Shown here: piece by piece, positions 1 through 9,053 of the stretch
Numbering within the stretch: the stretch's first letter is position 1
Layout of the letters: every line of letters starts with the position of its first letter
From: an uncultured bacterium
GTDB lineage: Bacteria > Chlamydiota > Chlamydiia > Chlamydiales > FEN-1388
DNA length: 64,000 nucleotides
Reading direction: 5' to 3'
Assembly (NCBI GenBank): GCA_964409235.1
Contig: CAYPCN010000001.1
Coordinates: forward strand, 79,389 to 143,388
Position numbers and translations under genes: made by a program
The notes under the pieces: model-generated
Told to the model about the DNA's origin: nothing
The model's input: only the letters and a program-made list of their open reading frames with translations
Databases searched by the model: none

Positions 1-1
1 G

Positions 2-1690
2 CGTCCGCAAAGCCTGGCGGTGGACTGTGCCAACTACGTCATGATCAGCATGGGGCAGCCGCTCCATTCTTTTGATGCCTCTGCCTTCCCAGACCGTACG
101 ATTGTTGTCGATCGCACGAAAGGTGGAGAGCCAATCCACCTGCTCGATGGAAGGACGCTCTCTCTCCCTCCTGGCGTGCTCGTCATTTCTAACGGCACGG
201 TGCCATGTGCCATCGCTGGGGTGATGGGCAGTGAAGAGAGTTCTGTAACCGAAGCGACGGACAGCTTGGTCATCGAGTCAGCAGTCTTCGACCCCAGGGC
301 GGTGCGAAAAAGCGGGAAGGCGACAGGGACCTTCACTGAGGCTATGCGGCGGTTCGAACGCGGCATCGATCCGAATGGATATGGCCGGGCTCTAGCGCTG
401 TATTGGTCTCTCCTCTCTTCATCGTGCCCGCAGAGTTCTCTTGATGCCGTCGTCGTGCGAGGGCGAGAGGCCGTTCCCCCCAAGGAGATCCTCTGTCGTC
501 GTTCACGTGTGGTATCGCTCTTGGGTACGGAGATCAGCATTCAGGATATGGAGCTGGTCTTTTCCCGCCTGCGGTATCCAGCACACTGGGTGAACAGTGA
601 CACGCTCTCTGTTGCTGTTCCTGCCTATCGGCACGATGTGACAGAGGAAGTGGACCTCATCGAAGATATTGCCAAGCTTACGAGCTTTGCGCCAATTGCC
701 ACTGAGAAAAAGCCAAAAATCGTGCTGACACATCTGCCAGATCATCCTCTGTATGTGTGCGAACGGCGGACGCGCCATCTTTTCACGCTTCTCTCCCTCC
801 AAGAGTTTGTGACGTGCGATCTCATCAGCCCAACATTATGCGAACTCGTTGCTGACCAACCTGTGCCTCGTCACGCGATTATTTCTGTGATAAATCCTCT
901 GTCTGTTGAACAATCTGTTTTGCGGCCCTCCTTGTTTCCTGGACTTGTGGATTGTCTGCGAAGGAATATCGCTTTTGGCAACAAATCCATCGCTGCCTTT
1001 GAAATCGGGACGGCGCATCTACGGGTTGAAGGCAAGTTCACAGAGCATCTTGTGGCTGGGGTTTTATTATCAGGGAGGAGAGGTCCTGAGCATTTTACTG
1101 AAGAGTCTCCAGAGGTTGATTTCTTTGATCTGAAGGGCATTTTGGAGAACTTCGTTCAAGCGCTCGGAATTTCAACGCTCGTCGTGCAGCCATCGTCGAT
1201 ACCTCTATTTCATAGCGGTCGCCAGGCGATCGTCGTCTGTGCGGGACAGCAGGTTGGCATGCTTGGGGAGGTACACCCCCGAATTCTCGCCTCTCTTGAT
1301 ATTCGTCAGCGAGTCTATTTTATGGAGCTCGACGTGCAGGATTTGTTTGCCAATGCTCATGGCCCGGCATCGATGAAAGCGCTGGCTATGTTCCCTAGTA
1401 TGGAGCGCGACTGGACGCTGACCGTGCCCGAGTCCCTGTCGTTTCAAGAGTTGATCAATACGGTTCTGGATCATCAGTCGCCAATCGTCGAGGATGTCTC
1501 TTTGAAGAGCATCTTCCGCCACGAACGGCTAGGAGAGGGAAAGAAGAACGTCACCCTGCGCCTGGTCTTTAGAGATGTGGCGCGAACGCTCACACATACA
1601 GAGGTTGAAGAGGCCTTTTTCGCGATCGTTCGAGATGTCAGCCAGCGCCTTGGGGTTCCGCCGATGGCAGAAAATGTGGAAAAAAATTGA
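2..1690 (+). CDS. pheT: Phenylalanine--tRNA ligase beta subunit, C-terminal ~560 aa; the 5' end lies outside the window
   Basis: The reading frame stays open to the window edge. NYVM..GQPLHSFD (B3/4 domain), a B5 region and the C-terminal FPSMERDWTL...VTLRLVFRD domain match the PheT pattern. Confidence 0.9.
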   Translation, partial: RPQSLAVDCANYVMISMGQPLHSFDASAFPDRTIVVDRTKGGEPIHLLDGRTLSLPPGVLVISNGTVPCAIAGVMGSEESSVTEATDSLVIESAVFDPRAVRKSGKATGTFTEAMRRFERGIDPNGYGRALALYWSLLSSSCPQSSLDAVVVRGREAVPPKEILCRRSRVVSLLGTEISIQDMELVFSRLRYPAHWVNSDTLSVAVPAYRHDVTEEVDLIEDIAKLTSFAPIATEKKPKIVLTHLPDHPLYVCERRTRHLFTLLSLQEFVTCDLISPTLCELVADQPVPRHAIISVINPLSVEQSVLRPSLFPGLVDCLRRNIAFGNKSIAAFEIGTAHLRVEGKFTEHLVAGVLLSGRRGPEHFTEESPEVDFFDLKGILENFVQALGISTLVVQPSSIPLFHSGRQAIVVCAGQQVGMLGEVHPRILASLDIRQRVYFMELDVQDLFANAHGPASMKALAMFPSMERDWTLTVPESLSFQELINTVLDHQSPIVEDVSLKSIFRHERLGEGKKNVTLRLVFRDVARTLTHTEVEEAFFAIVRDVSQRLGVPPMAENVEKN

Positions 1691-1814
1691 GCGAGAATCA
1701 AGGATCGAGGTACACTCAGGACTTCCCGCCTCTAGTGAGGGAAGAGATACGAGTGGGTTCACCAAGTAACGAGTGTGGTGTGTGATGATGAGGAAATGGC
1801 AAAGCGTTATATCA

Positions 1815-2789
1815 ATGGCGCGAGAGCTCTGTCTGTGTGGGGCGTCGGCGTTTGTCATGGTGGCATGTTCGACCGCTCCCCAAGAAGAAGTCGTGAAGAT
1901 GACGTTCTATCATCCCTATGGGCCTCAGATTGCCGAGGCAGACTGGCAAACGCGTGGGTCTACAGGAGAGGTCGTCGAAGTGCTGAAAAGCGGCGTAGAA
2001 GTGCGCCGTGAATACGTTGGCGGTGTCTTGCACGGCACGTCCTCATGGACATTCCCTCATACAAAGGTGATCGACCGCATCGAGCAGTACAGGCACGGCA
2101 CGCGTATTCTTGCGGCGAGAAACTATGCCTCCGGGAGCCCGCAATTTCAAGAAGAGTGGCTCGACAGCGGCCATCGCATTGTGCGCTCGTGGTATGATGA
2201 CGGTTCTCCGCGTATTCTTGAAGACTATGAGGGGGCTTCGCTCGTTGGAGGTCAATATTTCACACTCGATGGCGAAATAGAATCGACGGTGATGGATGGG
2301 ACCGGCATAAAGATCGAGCGGTCGCGACTTGGGGAGCTTCTCACCCGCGAGCACCTTCAACACAGTCAGGTTGTTTCTACGGAGTCATTTTATCCGAACG
2401 GTCAGGTGCGAGAGGTGGTAGCGTACCGCGACGGCAAGCGTCACGGGCAAACGCGGCGGTACTCGGAATCTGGAGAGCCTTTGAGCATTGAGCAGTGGAC
2501 GCTTGGCATCGTCGATGGTACGCACCTGTACTTTGATGGCGGCCAACCTGTTCGCCAGATTTCCTATGTGATGGGAAAGAAAGAGGGGTTAGAACTGCGT
2601 TTCCGCCCCGGGACTGAAGAGGTGGTCGAAGAGATTTCATGGCGTCAAGACAAGCGCCATGGCCCTACGAAGACCTACCTTGCCGACCAGACGCTGACTG
2701 AATGGTACTGGAGAGGGAGTCAAGTCTCACAAGATCAGTTTGAAGCCCGCAATTCGATGAATGTCGCGATGGCCTCGACGCAAAAGTAG
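1815..2789 (+). CDS. MORN-variant repeat (YwqK-like) putative lipoprotein
   Basis: ORF 1773-2789. The internal Met at 1815 gives MARELCLCGASAFVMVAC, a lipobox-like signal. The body consists of repeated Y..G....E..Y.DGKRHG-type modules. Confidence 0.65.
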   Translation: MARELCLCGASAFVMVACSTAPQEEVVKMTFYHPYGPQIAEADWQTRGSTGEVVEVLKSGVEVRREYVGGVLHGTSSWTFPHTKVIDRIEQYRHGTRILAARNYASGSPQFQEEWLDSGHRIVRSWYDDGSPRILEDYEGASLVGGQYFTLDGEIESTVMDGTGIKIERSRLGELLTREHLQHSQVVSTESFYPNGQVREVVAYRDGKRHGQTRRYSESGEPLSIEQWTLGIVDGTHLYFDGGQPVRQISYVMGKKEGLELRFRPGTEEVVEEISWRQDKRHGPTKTYLADQTLTEWYWRGSQVSQDQFEARNSMNVAMASTQK

Positions 2790-2805
2790 CTGAAGGGTTG
2801 TTTCT

Positions 2806-3825
2806 GTGAGTCATTTCTTTGATGGTAAGTCGTTGCTCATCACCGGTGGCACAGGGTCGTTTGGGCAGGCATGCGCCAAATTCCTCCTCGAACACACGAG
2901 TGTGGGCCGTGTGATCATCTTTTCTCGTGACGAATGGAAGCAGTGGCAGATGCAGCAGTCTGATCCTCTCTTTTGCCATCCCAATATTCGTTTTTTCCTT
3001 GGCGATGTCCGTGATGAAGAGCGACTTAAGCTGGCGCTGCGCGACGTTCAGTACGTTGTGCATGCTGCAGCGTTAAAGCAGGTGCCTGCGGCTGAATACA
3101 ACCCTAGTGAATTTGTGAAGACCAATGTCATGGGAGCGATGAACCTCACTGCTGCTGCCATTGACGCAGGTGTAGAAGGTGTTGTGAGCTTGTCGTCGGA
3201 CAAAGCTGTGAATCCCATCAACCTCTACGGTGCAACGAAGCTATGCTCTGACAAACTGCTGGTTGCTGCTAATTCTTATGTCGGAAAGAGAGGGCTCCCA
3301 AAGTTTTCTGTTGTCCGCTATGGCAATGTCTTGGGAAGCCGAGGCTCTCTGTTGCCCTTGTGGCGATCTCTTGTCGCCAAAGGATCGATGACGCTGCCCA
3401 TCACTGATCTTGCGATGACGCGCTTTTGGATTACTCTTGATGAAGCCGTGCGCTTTGTGTTGATGGCTCTTGGGGAGCAAGCGGGTGGCGAGATTTTTAT
3501 TCCGAAGTCGCCGAGCATGAAGATCGAAGCTTTGGCGCAGGCACTCTTTCCGCAGCAGACTCTGCAAGTGATTGGCATCCGTCCTGGAGAAAAGCTTCAT
3601 GAAACGCTGATCTCTTCTGATGACGCTCGTACTACCTATGAATATGAAACGCACTACCGCATCGCCCCTGCCTTTTCCATCCATCGAACTCCTCTCCTCG
3701 ACGATGTGCTCGATCGATCCTTAGGAAAAGTTGCCGAGACCTTCTCTCTTGCTTCCAACACCAATCCTCTTTTTATCTCTTCCCCGGAGGAGATGAGGGC
3801 TTTCGTCGCTGCGTCAGATGTATAG
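2806..3825 (+). CDS. pseB: UDP-N-acetylglucosamine 4,6-dehydratase (PseB/FlaA1/CapD short-chain dehydratase family)
   Basis: LITGGTGSFG Rossmann motif, HAAALKQVP, SSDKAVNPINLYGATK (YxxxK), VVRYGNVLGSRGS, MTRFWITL and IGIRPGEKLHE are all collinear with PseB-type dehydratases. GTG start. Confidence 0.85.
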   Translation: MSHFFDGKSLLITGGTGSFGQACAKFLLEHTSVGRVIIFSRDEWKQWQMQQSDPLFCHPNIRFFLGDVRDEERLKLALRDVQYVVHAAALKQVPAAEYNPSEFVKTNVMGAMNLTAAAIDAGVEGVVSLSSDKAVNPINLYGATKLCSDKLLVAANSYVGKRGLPKFSVVRYGNVLGSRGSLLPLWRSLVAKGSMTLPITDLAMTRFWITLDEAVRFVLMALGEQAGGEIFIPKSPSMKIEALAQALFPQQTLQVIGIRPGEKLHETLISSDDARTTYEYETHYRIAPAFSIHRTPLLDDVLDRSLGKVAETFSLASNTNPLFISSPEEMRAFVAASDV

Positions 3826-3992
3826 AGCCATCTGCGATGTGCCTTTTGGGAGGACAGAGGAGGGTCTTTTTGGCTGAATCTCCCCCAACCCTCTTCGCCC
3901 ATATGCCAGGGCATATGGGCTTCGTCGGCTTTGGATAGCTCGATCCAAAAATCTCTCCCTTCTCCTCTAAAAACCCACATCGCAGATGACTC
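3825..3992 (-). mobile_element. MITE-like hairpin element, full-length copy A (168 bp)
   Basis: Termini are GAGCCATCTGCGATGTG and CACATCGCAGATGACTC. The interior is collinear with copies at 7391, 14638, 17425 and 44186, and has a central CATATGCC-AGGG-CATATGG palindrome. An extra solo terminus, GGGCCATTTGCGATA, lies at 3999-4013. Confidence 0.85.
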
Positions 3993-4155
3993 GCATAGGG
4001 CCATTTGCGATAATCTACCGAAGTGATAGCATGGACGGTTGCCCGACGTGCATGTTCACGACTCCATCTCTGCACTGGGGATGGCAAGGCAGCTACGATT
4101 GGCCGCTTGTAGCCAGCCGGTTCGGATGGTAGAAATTCAGCGTTGAGAGGGAAAT

Positions 4156-4968
4156 ATGAACCAAGTCTTTACTGTGTTGCTTCTTGTTTTCTCTCTTTCT
4201 TCGTCTTTTGTCCTCGGTAAAAGCCAAGGGCAAGAAGGTGCGCCTCCATATGTCATCGTCCTCTATGGAGCGCCGGGCTCTGGGCGTGGTACCATGGCCA
4301 TTCGACTACGGCATGACTTTGCGTTTCCGACCATTTCTCCAGCCACTCTCCTCACCACCCACGTGCTTGAAGGGACGTCTCTCGGCACCAAGGGAAAGGA
4401 ATATTGCATCCATGGAGGGGAGCTTCCACAAGAGCTACTCCCCGCGATCTTGTGTGATCGCCTGTTACAGCCAGACTGTTCCAAAGGGGCCTTTCTCGAC
4501 GACATGTTTCTGACAGAAGCGCAGATTCGCGACATCCAATGCCAGCTCGAACATCACTTTCGCTTTTTAGCGATTAACATTGATGCCAGTGATGATTTCC
4601 TCATCCAACGTGTGGAGAAGCGAATGATCTGCTCTTCGTGTGGCTATGTCTATGATGACCCTGAGGCAACGCGGCAAACGAAAACGCACTGTGATAACTG
4701 TTCCTCTCCTCTCCACAAGCGCCAAGGTGATACGCCAGAGGTGATCAAAGCGCGCCTGGAAACGTACCGCAAGCAGGTCGCTCCCCTCATGAAGATTTTT
4801 AAGGAACAAGGGGTCTTGGTGCAGGTTCCTGGGAACAGAAAATCGACAGAGCTGTACAAAGACATTCTCCAAACGATTGAGCATATCACGGGGCTTGTCG
4901 CTTCAAAAAAGCATCACAGCGACCTTGCGATCGAACAAGAGTTCCCCAGAATGTACGCTCAAAAGTGA
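4156..4968 (+). CDS. Adenylate-kinase-like protein with a signal-peptide-like N terminus and non-canonical catalytic positions
   Basis: Adk fold with a zinc-LID (CSSCG...CDNCSS, KRQGD, ARLETY). The P-loop reads GAPGSGRGT (Arg where Adk has Lys) and the GFPR-type motif reads DDMFL. The first ~22 aa, MNQVFTVLLLVFSLSSSFVLGK, are hydrophobic. Confidence 0.7.
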   Translation: MNQVFTVLLLVFSLSSSFVLGKSQGQEGAPPYVIVLYGAPGSGRGTMAIRLRHDFAFPTISPATLLTTHVLEGTSLGTKGKEYCIHGGELPQELLPAILCDRLLQPDCSKGAFLDDMFLTEAQIRDIQCQLEHHFRFLAINIDASDDFLIQRVEKRMICSSCGYVYDDPEATRQTKTHCDNCSSPLHKRQGDTPEVIKARLETYRKQVAPLMKIFKEQGVLVQVPGNRKSTELYKDILQTIEHITGLVASKKHHSDLAIEQEFPRMYAQK

Positions 4969-5021
4969 AGCTCTCCGATCCCATTCCCTGGTTTTTCGGC
5001 TGGCGTTCCAGAGGCAGCTGT

Positions 5022-6422
5022 TTAAAACATTGCGTTTCCAGGGGACCGGGGGAATGGAATGACATCCCGAATATTGTCGAGCCCTGTGACGAAGCGTATG
5101 AGGCGTTCGAAGCCAGCACCAAAGCCAGAGTGCGGCACGGAGCCGTACTTGCGCAGTTCGAGGTACCACCAATACGGCTTTGGATCTAAGCCGAATTCTG
5201 TGATTTTCTTCTCGAGAACGTCGAGCCGTTCTTCGCGCTGACTGCCGCCAATAATTTCCCCAATCTTCGGGACGAGAACGTCCATGGCCGCTACTGTCTT
5301 CCCATCGCTGTTGTCGCGCATGTAAAACGCTTTTATTTTCCGTGGGTAGTCAGTGAGGATTACTGGCTTTTGGAAGAATTCCTCCGTCAGGTACCGCTCG
5401 TGTTCAGACTGCAGGTCGAGGCCCCATTCTATAGGGAATTCGAACGTCTTTCCCGACTTTTGCAAGATGCGCACGGCGTACGTATATGTCGCCCGTTCAA
5501 AAGACGTTGCGATCACTTTTTGCAGGCGGTCGATCACACCGGGGTCGATATGCTCATTGAAAAATGCCATGTCATCAGGACAATGCTCAAGAACGTATTG
5601 GAGGACAAATTTAATGTAGTTTTCTGCGCAGGTCATGTTGTCGTCGAGTTCTGCAAACGCCATTTCTGGCTCGATCATCCAAAACTCAGCAAGGTGGCGC
5701 GCGGTGTTCGAATTTTCAGCACGGAAGGTAGGGCCGAAGGTATAGACATCTGAGAGCGCGCAGGCATACGCTTCCGCGTTCAACTGTCCTGACACCGTTA
5801 GGAATGCCGGAGTCGCAAAGAAATCCCTGGTGAAGTCGATCTGGCCTTCGGGTGTTTTAGGGAGCTTCGTTAAGTCTAGTGCCGTTACTTTGAACATCTC
5901 TCCAGCCCCTTCGCAGTCTGACGTGCTGATGATGGGCGGCTGGATATAGAGAAACCCTTGCTGCTGGAAAAAAATGTGCGTCGCATAGGCAACAGCGTTG
6001 CGTATGCGAGCCACAGCGCCAAAGGTATTCGTGCGTGGGCGCAGATGGGCGATGGTTCTCAAAAATTCAAAGGAATGGCGTTTTTTTTGGAGAGGGTACA
6101 CTTCGGGGTTGGCCGTGCCGAGGATCTTCACGGCATTCGCATGGAGTTCGATAGTCTGATTTTGCCCAGGACTTTGGGCGATGATTCCGGTGACGCTGAT
6201 GGACGCGCCAGTAGTCAGCATTGGCAGCAGCTTGTCAAAGCCTTTCAGACCGGCTTCGACGACGACTTGAAGATTCCCGAAGCACGAGCCATCGTTGATT
6301 TCGACAAAGGCAAGATTTTTCTGACTGCGGACCGTTTTGATCCACCCTTTGATCGTGTGTTCTTGACCCACCAGAGGGGCGTGATCTGGTGTCCGTATAA
6401 GCTGTCGAATTTTTGTACGCAT
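5022..6422 (-). CDS. asnS: Asparagine--tRNA ligase
   Basis: 466 aa with an N-terminal OB anticodon domain, class II motifs ([19 protein letters not shown]) and the C-terminal FPR.PG..F. Confidence 0.93.
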   Translation of the reverse strand: MRTKIRQLIRTPDHAPLVGQEHTIKGWIKTVRSQKNLAFVEINDGSCFGNLQVVVEAGLKGFDKLLPMLTTGASISVTGIIAQSPGQNQTIELHANAVKILGTANPEVYPLQKKRHSFEFLRTIAHLRPRTNTFGAVARIRNAVAYATHIFFQQQGFLYIQPPIISTSDCEGAGEMFKVTALDLTKLPKTPEGQIDFTRDFFATPAFLTVSGQLNAEAYACALSDVYTFGPTFRAENSNTARHLAEFWMIEPEMAFAELDDNMTCAENYIKFVLQYVLEHCPDDMAFFNEHIDPGVIDRLQKVIATSFERATYTYAVRILQKSGKTFEFPIEWGLDLQSEHERYLTEEFFQKPVILTDYPRKIKAFYMRDNSDGKTVAAMDVLVPKIGEIIGGSQREERLDVLEKKITEFGLDPKPYWWYLELRKYGSVPHSGFGAGFERLIRFVTGLDNIRDVIPFPRSPGNAMF

Positions 6423-6425
6423 AGA

Positions 6426-7280
6426 CTATCCAATTTGTTTTTTCAACCACGCAATTTCTGTCTTCCAGACTTCTAGTCCACCGGGAGTTTCGAGGTATTT
6501 AGGAAGAGATGCCAGCCGTGGCTCTTTCATGATAGCAGAAAAACCGGCTTTTCCGATTCTCCCATCTCCAATGGGAAGATGGCGGTCTTTGTGAGAGGCG
6601 CGATCTCCCTCGGAATCATTGAGGTGCAAGGCTTTGAGGTATTGCAACCCTACCACCCTATCGAACTCATCGAGTGTTGCTGCCAGAGCCTCTTTTGTTC
6701 GCATGTCATATCCTGCGGCAAAGGTATGGCAGGTATCCATACACACGCCTATGGGAAGCACTCCCTTGACCATGTCGATGATATAGGCGATCTGTTCGAA
6801 TTTTGCGCCGACAACGCTTCCCTGACCGGCCATTGTCTCGATGAGGAGGTGGAGGTTAGACTGGCTGTCAAAGCAATTCGCCATTGAGAGGAGGGCGTCG
6901 CTAATTTTATTGAGGCACTCCTCTACAGGACTGTCGAGTGCCGCCCCCGGATGAAAATTGACAAAAGAGATGCCAAGCGCAAGACAGCGAAGAATCTCAT
7001 GACGAAAGGCCGTTATGCTCTTCTTGCGAACATCATCGTGAGGAGATCCAAGATTGATCAGATAGCTATCGTGGCTCATGATGTGGCTGAGGCCTGTCTC
7101 TTCGAGTGCTTGCCGAAAGATCCGCACCTCGTCATCAGAAACCTGCTTGGCATGCCATGTGCGTTGGTTAGCGGTAAAGATCTGGATGGTCGTGGCGCCA
7201 ATCTTCTTTCCTGCTATCAAGGCTGTGTGGAGGCCACCAGCAATTGAAATATGAGCGCCGAGCAGTGGAACACCTTGCAT
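6426..7280 (-). CDS. nfo: Endonuclease IV
   Basis: 284 aa. LGAHISIAGG near the N terminus, the TIM-barrel AP endonuclease 2 pattern, HLNDS, and a 4-nt gap to asnS. Confidence 0.9.
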   Translation of the reverse strand: MQGVPLLGAHISIAGGLHTALIAGKKIGATTIQIFTANQRTWHAKQVSDDEVRIFRQALEETGLSHIMSHDSYLINLGSPHDDVRKKSITAFRHEILRCLALGISFVNFHPGAALDSPVEECLNKISDALLSMANCFDSQSNLHLLIETMAGQGSVVGAKFEQIAYIIDMVKGVLPIGVCMDTCHTFAAGYDMRTKEALAATLDEFDRVVGLQYLKALHLNDSEGDRASHKDRHLPIGDGRIGKAGFSAIMKEPRLASLPKYLETPGGLEVWKTEIAWLKKQIG

Positions 7281-7390
7281 ATGTACCTCTCATGCACTAG
7301 GTCGAAAAGAAAACAGGGCTCTGGATCGATATTTTTGTTGCGCCTTTGCCACGGTCTTCCCTGGAAGTTTTGTCCACGATAGACTATTCT

Positions 7391-7558
7391 GAGCTAGTTG
7401 TGATGTGTCTTTTGGAGGATAGAGGAGAAACTTTTTGACCGAATCTACCCAAAACCTTCTCACCCATATGTCAAGGCATGCGGGCTTGGTCGGTTTTTGG
7501 GTAGCTCGATTCAAGCATCTCCCGCTTCTCCTCTAAAAATCCGCATTGCAAATAGCTC
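7391..7558 (-). mobile_element. MITE-like hairpin element, full-length copy B (168 bp), flanked by TATTCT direct repeats
   Basis: Termini are GAGCTAGTTGTGATGTG and CGCATTGCAAATAGCTC. TATTCT is present at 7385-7390 and again at 7559-7564. Confidence 0.88.
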
Positions 7559-7586
7559 TATTCTTAATGGGAGGTGGTGCAGGCTC

Positions 7587-8279
7587 ATGAAGTTCGGTGG
7601 ATTGCAGCGATGTTCATTGATTGACTTTCCCGGGAAGATTTCCGCCGTGCTGTTCACTGAAGGGTGTTCGTTCCGCTGTCCTTTTTGCCATAATCCAACT
7701 CTTGTCTTGCCTGGACAGAATAAATCGTCACCAATCACAGAGCAAGAAGTCTTTTCCTTTTTGGAGACGAGGAAGGGGAAGCTTGACGGCGTGGTGGTGA
7801 GTGGTGGAGAGCCGACGATTCATGCTGATCTGCCAGAGTTTCTCCACGCTGTCAAGAAGATGGGCTTTGCCATCAAAGTCGACACCAATGGAAGCCGTCC
7901 AGAGATGATAGAACGCCTTCTTGCCGAAGGGAATGTGGACTATTGGGCCATAGATCGAAAAGCCTCTCTGGCCCGGTACTCGTTGCTCACAGGCATTGCA
8001 TGTGATCCATCGATCATCGAGAGGTCGTCGCGCATGATCATGCATGCCACTGATGCCTATGAATTTCGGACTACCGTCATTCGCGAGCTGCATGCGCCTG
8101 ATGAAATCGTGCAGATCGGCAAAGAGCTCGCTGGAGCGCAGCGGCTGATTCTCCAGCAGTTTCGTCCTACTGTCACTCTCGATCCTGCTCTCGCCACTGC
8201 CACTGCCTATTCCAATGAAGAGATGGAAGCGCTGTGTGCGTCTGTCAGGCCGTACGTCAAAGAATGCTCTTGGAGATAA
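7587..8279 (+). CDS. Radical SAM activating enzyme, NrdG-like (anaerobic ribonucleotide reductase activase family)
   Basis: ORF 7497-8279. The ATG at 7587 follows a GGGAGGTGG RBS. The product begins MKFGGLQRCSLIDFPGKISAVLFTEGCSFRCPFCHN (CxxxCxxC) and contains GVVVSGGEP. The upstream part of the ORF is MITE sequence. Confidence 0.75.
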   Translation: MKFGGLQRCSLIDFPGKISAVLFTEGCSFRCPFCHNPTLVLPGQNKSSPITEQEVFSFLETRKGKLDGVVVSGGEPTIHADLPEFLHAVKKMGFAIKVDTNGSRPEMIERLLAEGNVDYWAIDRKASLARYSLLTGIACDPSIIERSSRMIMHATDAYEFRTTVIRELHAPDEIVQIGKELAGAQRLILQQFRPTVTLDPALATATAYSNEEMEALCASVRPYVKECSWR

Positions 8280-8318
8280 CCGTTTCTCTTGTGATATTCT
8301 CAAGGGAAAACGCGGAGT

Positions 8319-9053
8319 GTGTTCGTGCGCTATTCAATTGTCATTCCAGTGCACAACGAGGCAGAAAACCTCCCTCCCTTGCTCCATGAACTCAACGAGG
8401 TCATGGAATCTCTGTCGCACCCTTGGGAGCTTCTTATCGTTGACGATGCGTCCAATGATGCAACATGGCCCATGCTGGTGCAACAGCGTCTTAGCCTCCC
8501 GCAGCTTCGCGGCATACGGCTTTTGCATCGGTCTGGCCAGTCGGCCGCCCTGAGCGCGGGGTTCAAAGAGGCGAGAGGCGACATCGTCATCACCCTCGAT
8601 GGCGACGGGCAGAACGACCCTCATGACATCCCCCTTCTTTTGGCCGCTCTCCCTGATGTAGACTGTGTCACCGGGCGGCGGATGTGCCGAGAAGACCCAT
8701 GGACGAAAAGGGTCGTCTCATCGTGTGCCAATGGTCTTCGCCGATGGCTCCTTGGCGATGCTATTCAAGATACTGGCTGCTCGCTGAAGGTGTTCCGAAG
8801 GCACTGTCTTGCCAATCTTCCACTGTTCAAGGGCATGCATCGATTCCTCCCGTCTCTTCTGATCATCGACGGATATCGCGTCAAAGAGGTCCCCGTCTCT
8901 CACCGGCCTCGCCATACTGGCACGAGCAACTACTCCATTTTCAACAGGGGCTTTTCGACGATCAACGATCTGCTGGCTGTATGGTGGATGAAACGGCGTC
9001 ATATTCACATTGAGATCTCCCAACGCCTTGAGGACCTTTCCCATGACGCCTGA
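8319..9053 (+). CDS. Family 2 glycosyltransferase (polyprenyl-phosphate sugar transferase, ArnC/DPM1-like)
   Basis: YSIVIPVHNEAENL, LLIVDDASNDAT, GQSAAL.AGF and TLDGDGQNDP are GT2 signatures. Confidence 0.8.
   Translation: MFVRYSIVIPVHNEAENLPPLLHELNEVMESLSHPWELLIVDDASNDATWPMLVQQRLSLPQLRGIRLLHRSGQSAALSAGFKEARGDIVITLDGDGQNDPHDIPLLLAALPDVDCVTGRRMCREDPWTKRVVSSCANGLRRWLLGDAIQDTGCSLKVFRRHCLANLPLFKGMHRFLPSLLIIDGYRVKEVPVSHRPRHTGTSNYSIFNRGFSTINDLLAVWWMKRRHIHIEISQRLEDLSHDA

Noticed and set aside
3654-4087. ORFs 3654-4004 and 3773-4087, and similar ones at 7290-7514, 14625-14990, 33470-33709, 37449-37739 and 44061-44399. They translate to recurring peptides such as ...EAHMPWHMG..., ...LLYPPK.TSQ... and ...HIANGS...
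   Set aside because: The shared peptides arise because these ORFs read through copies of the MITE-like repeat in various frames and orientations. The copies carry indels that break the frames and have no RBS context, so these are repeat artefacts rather than a protein family.
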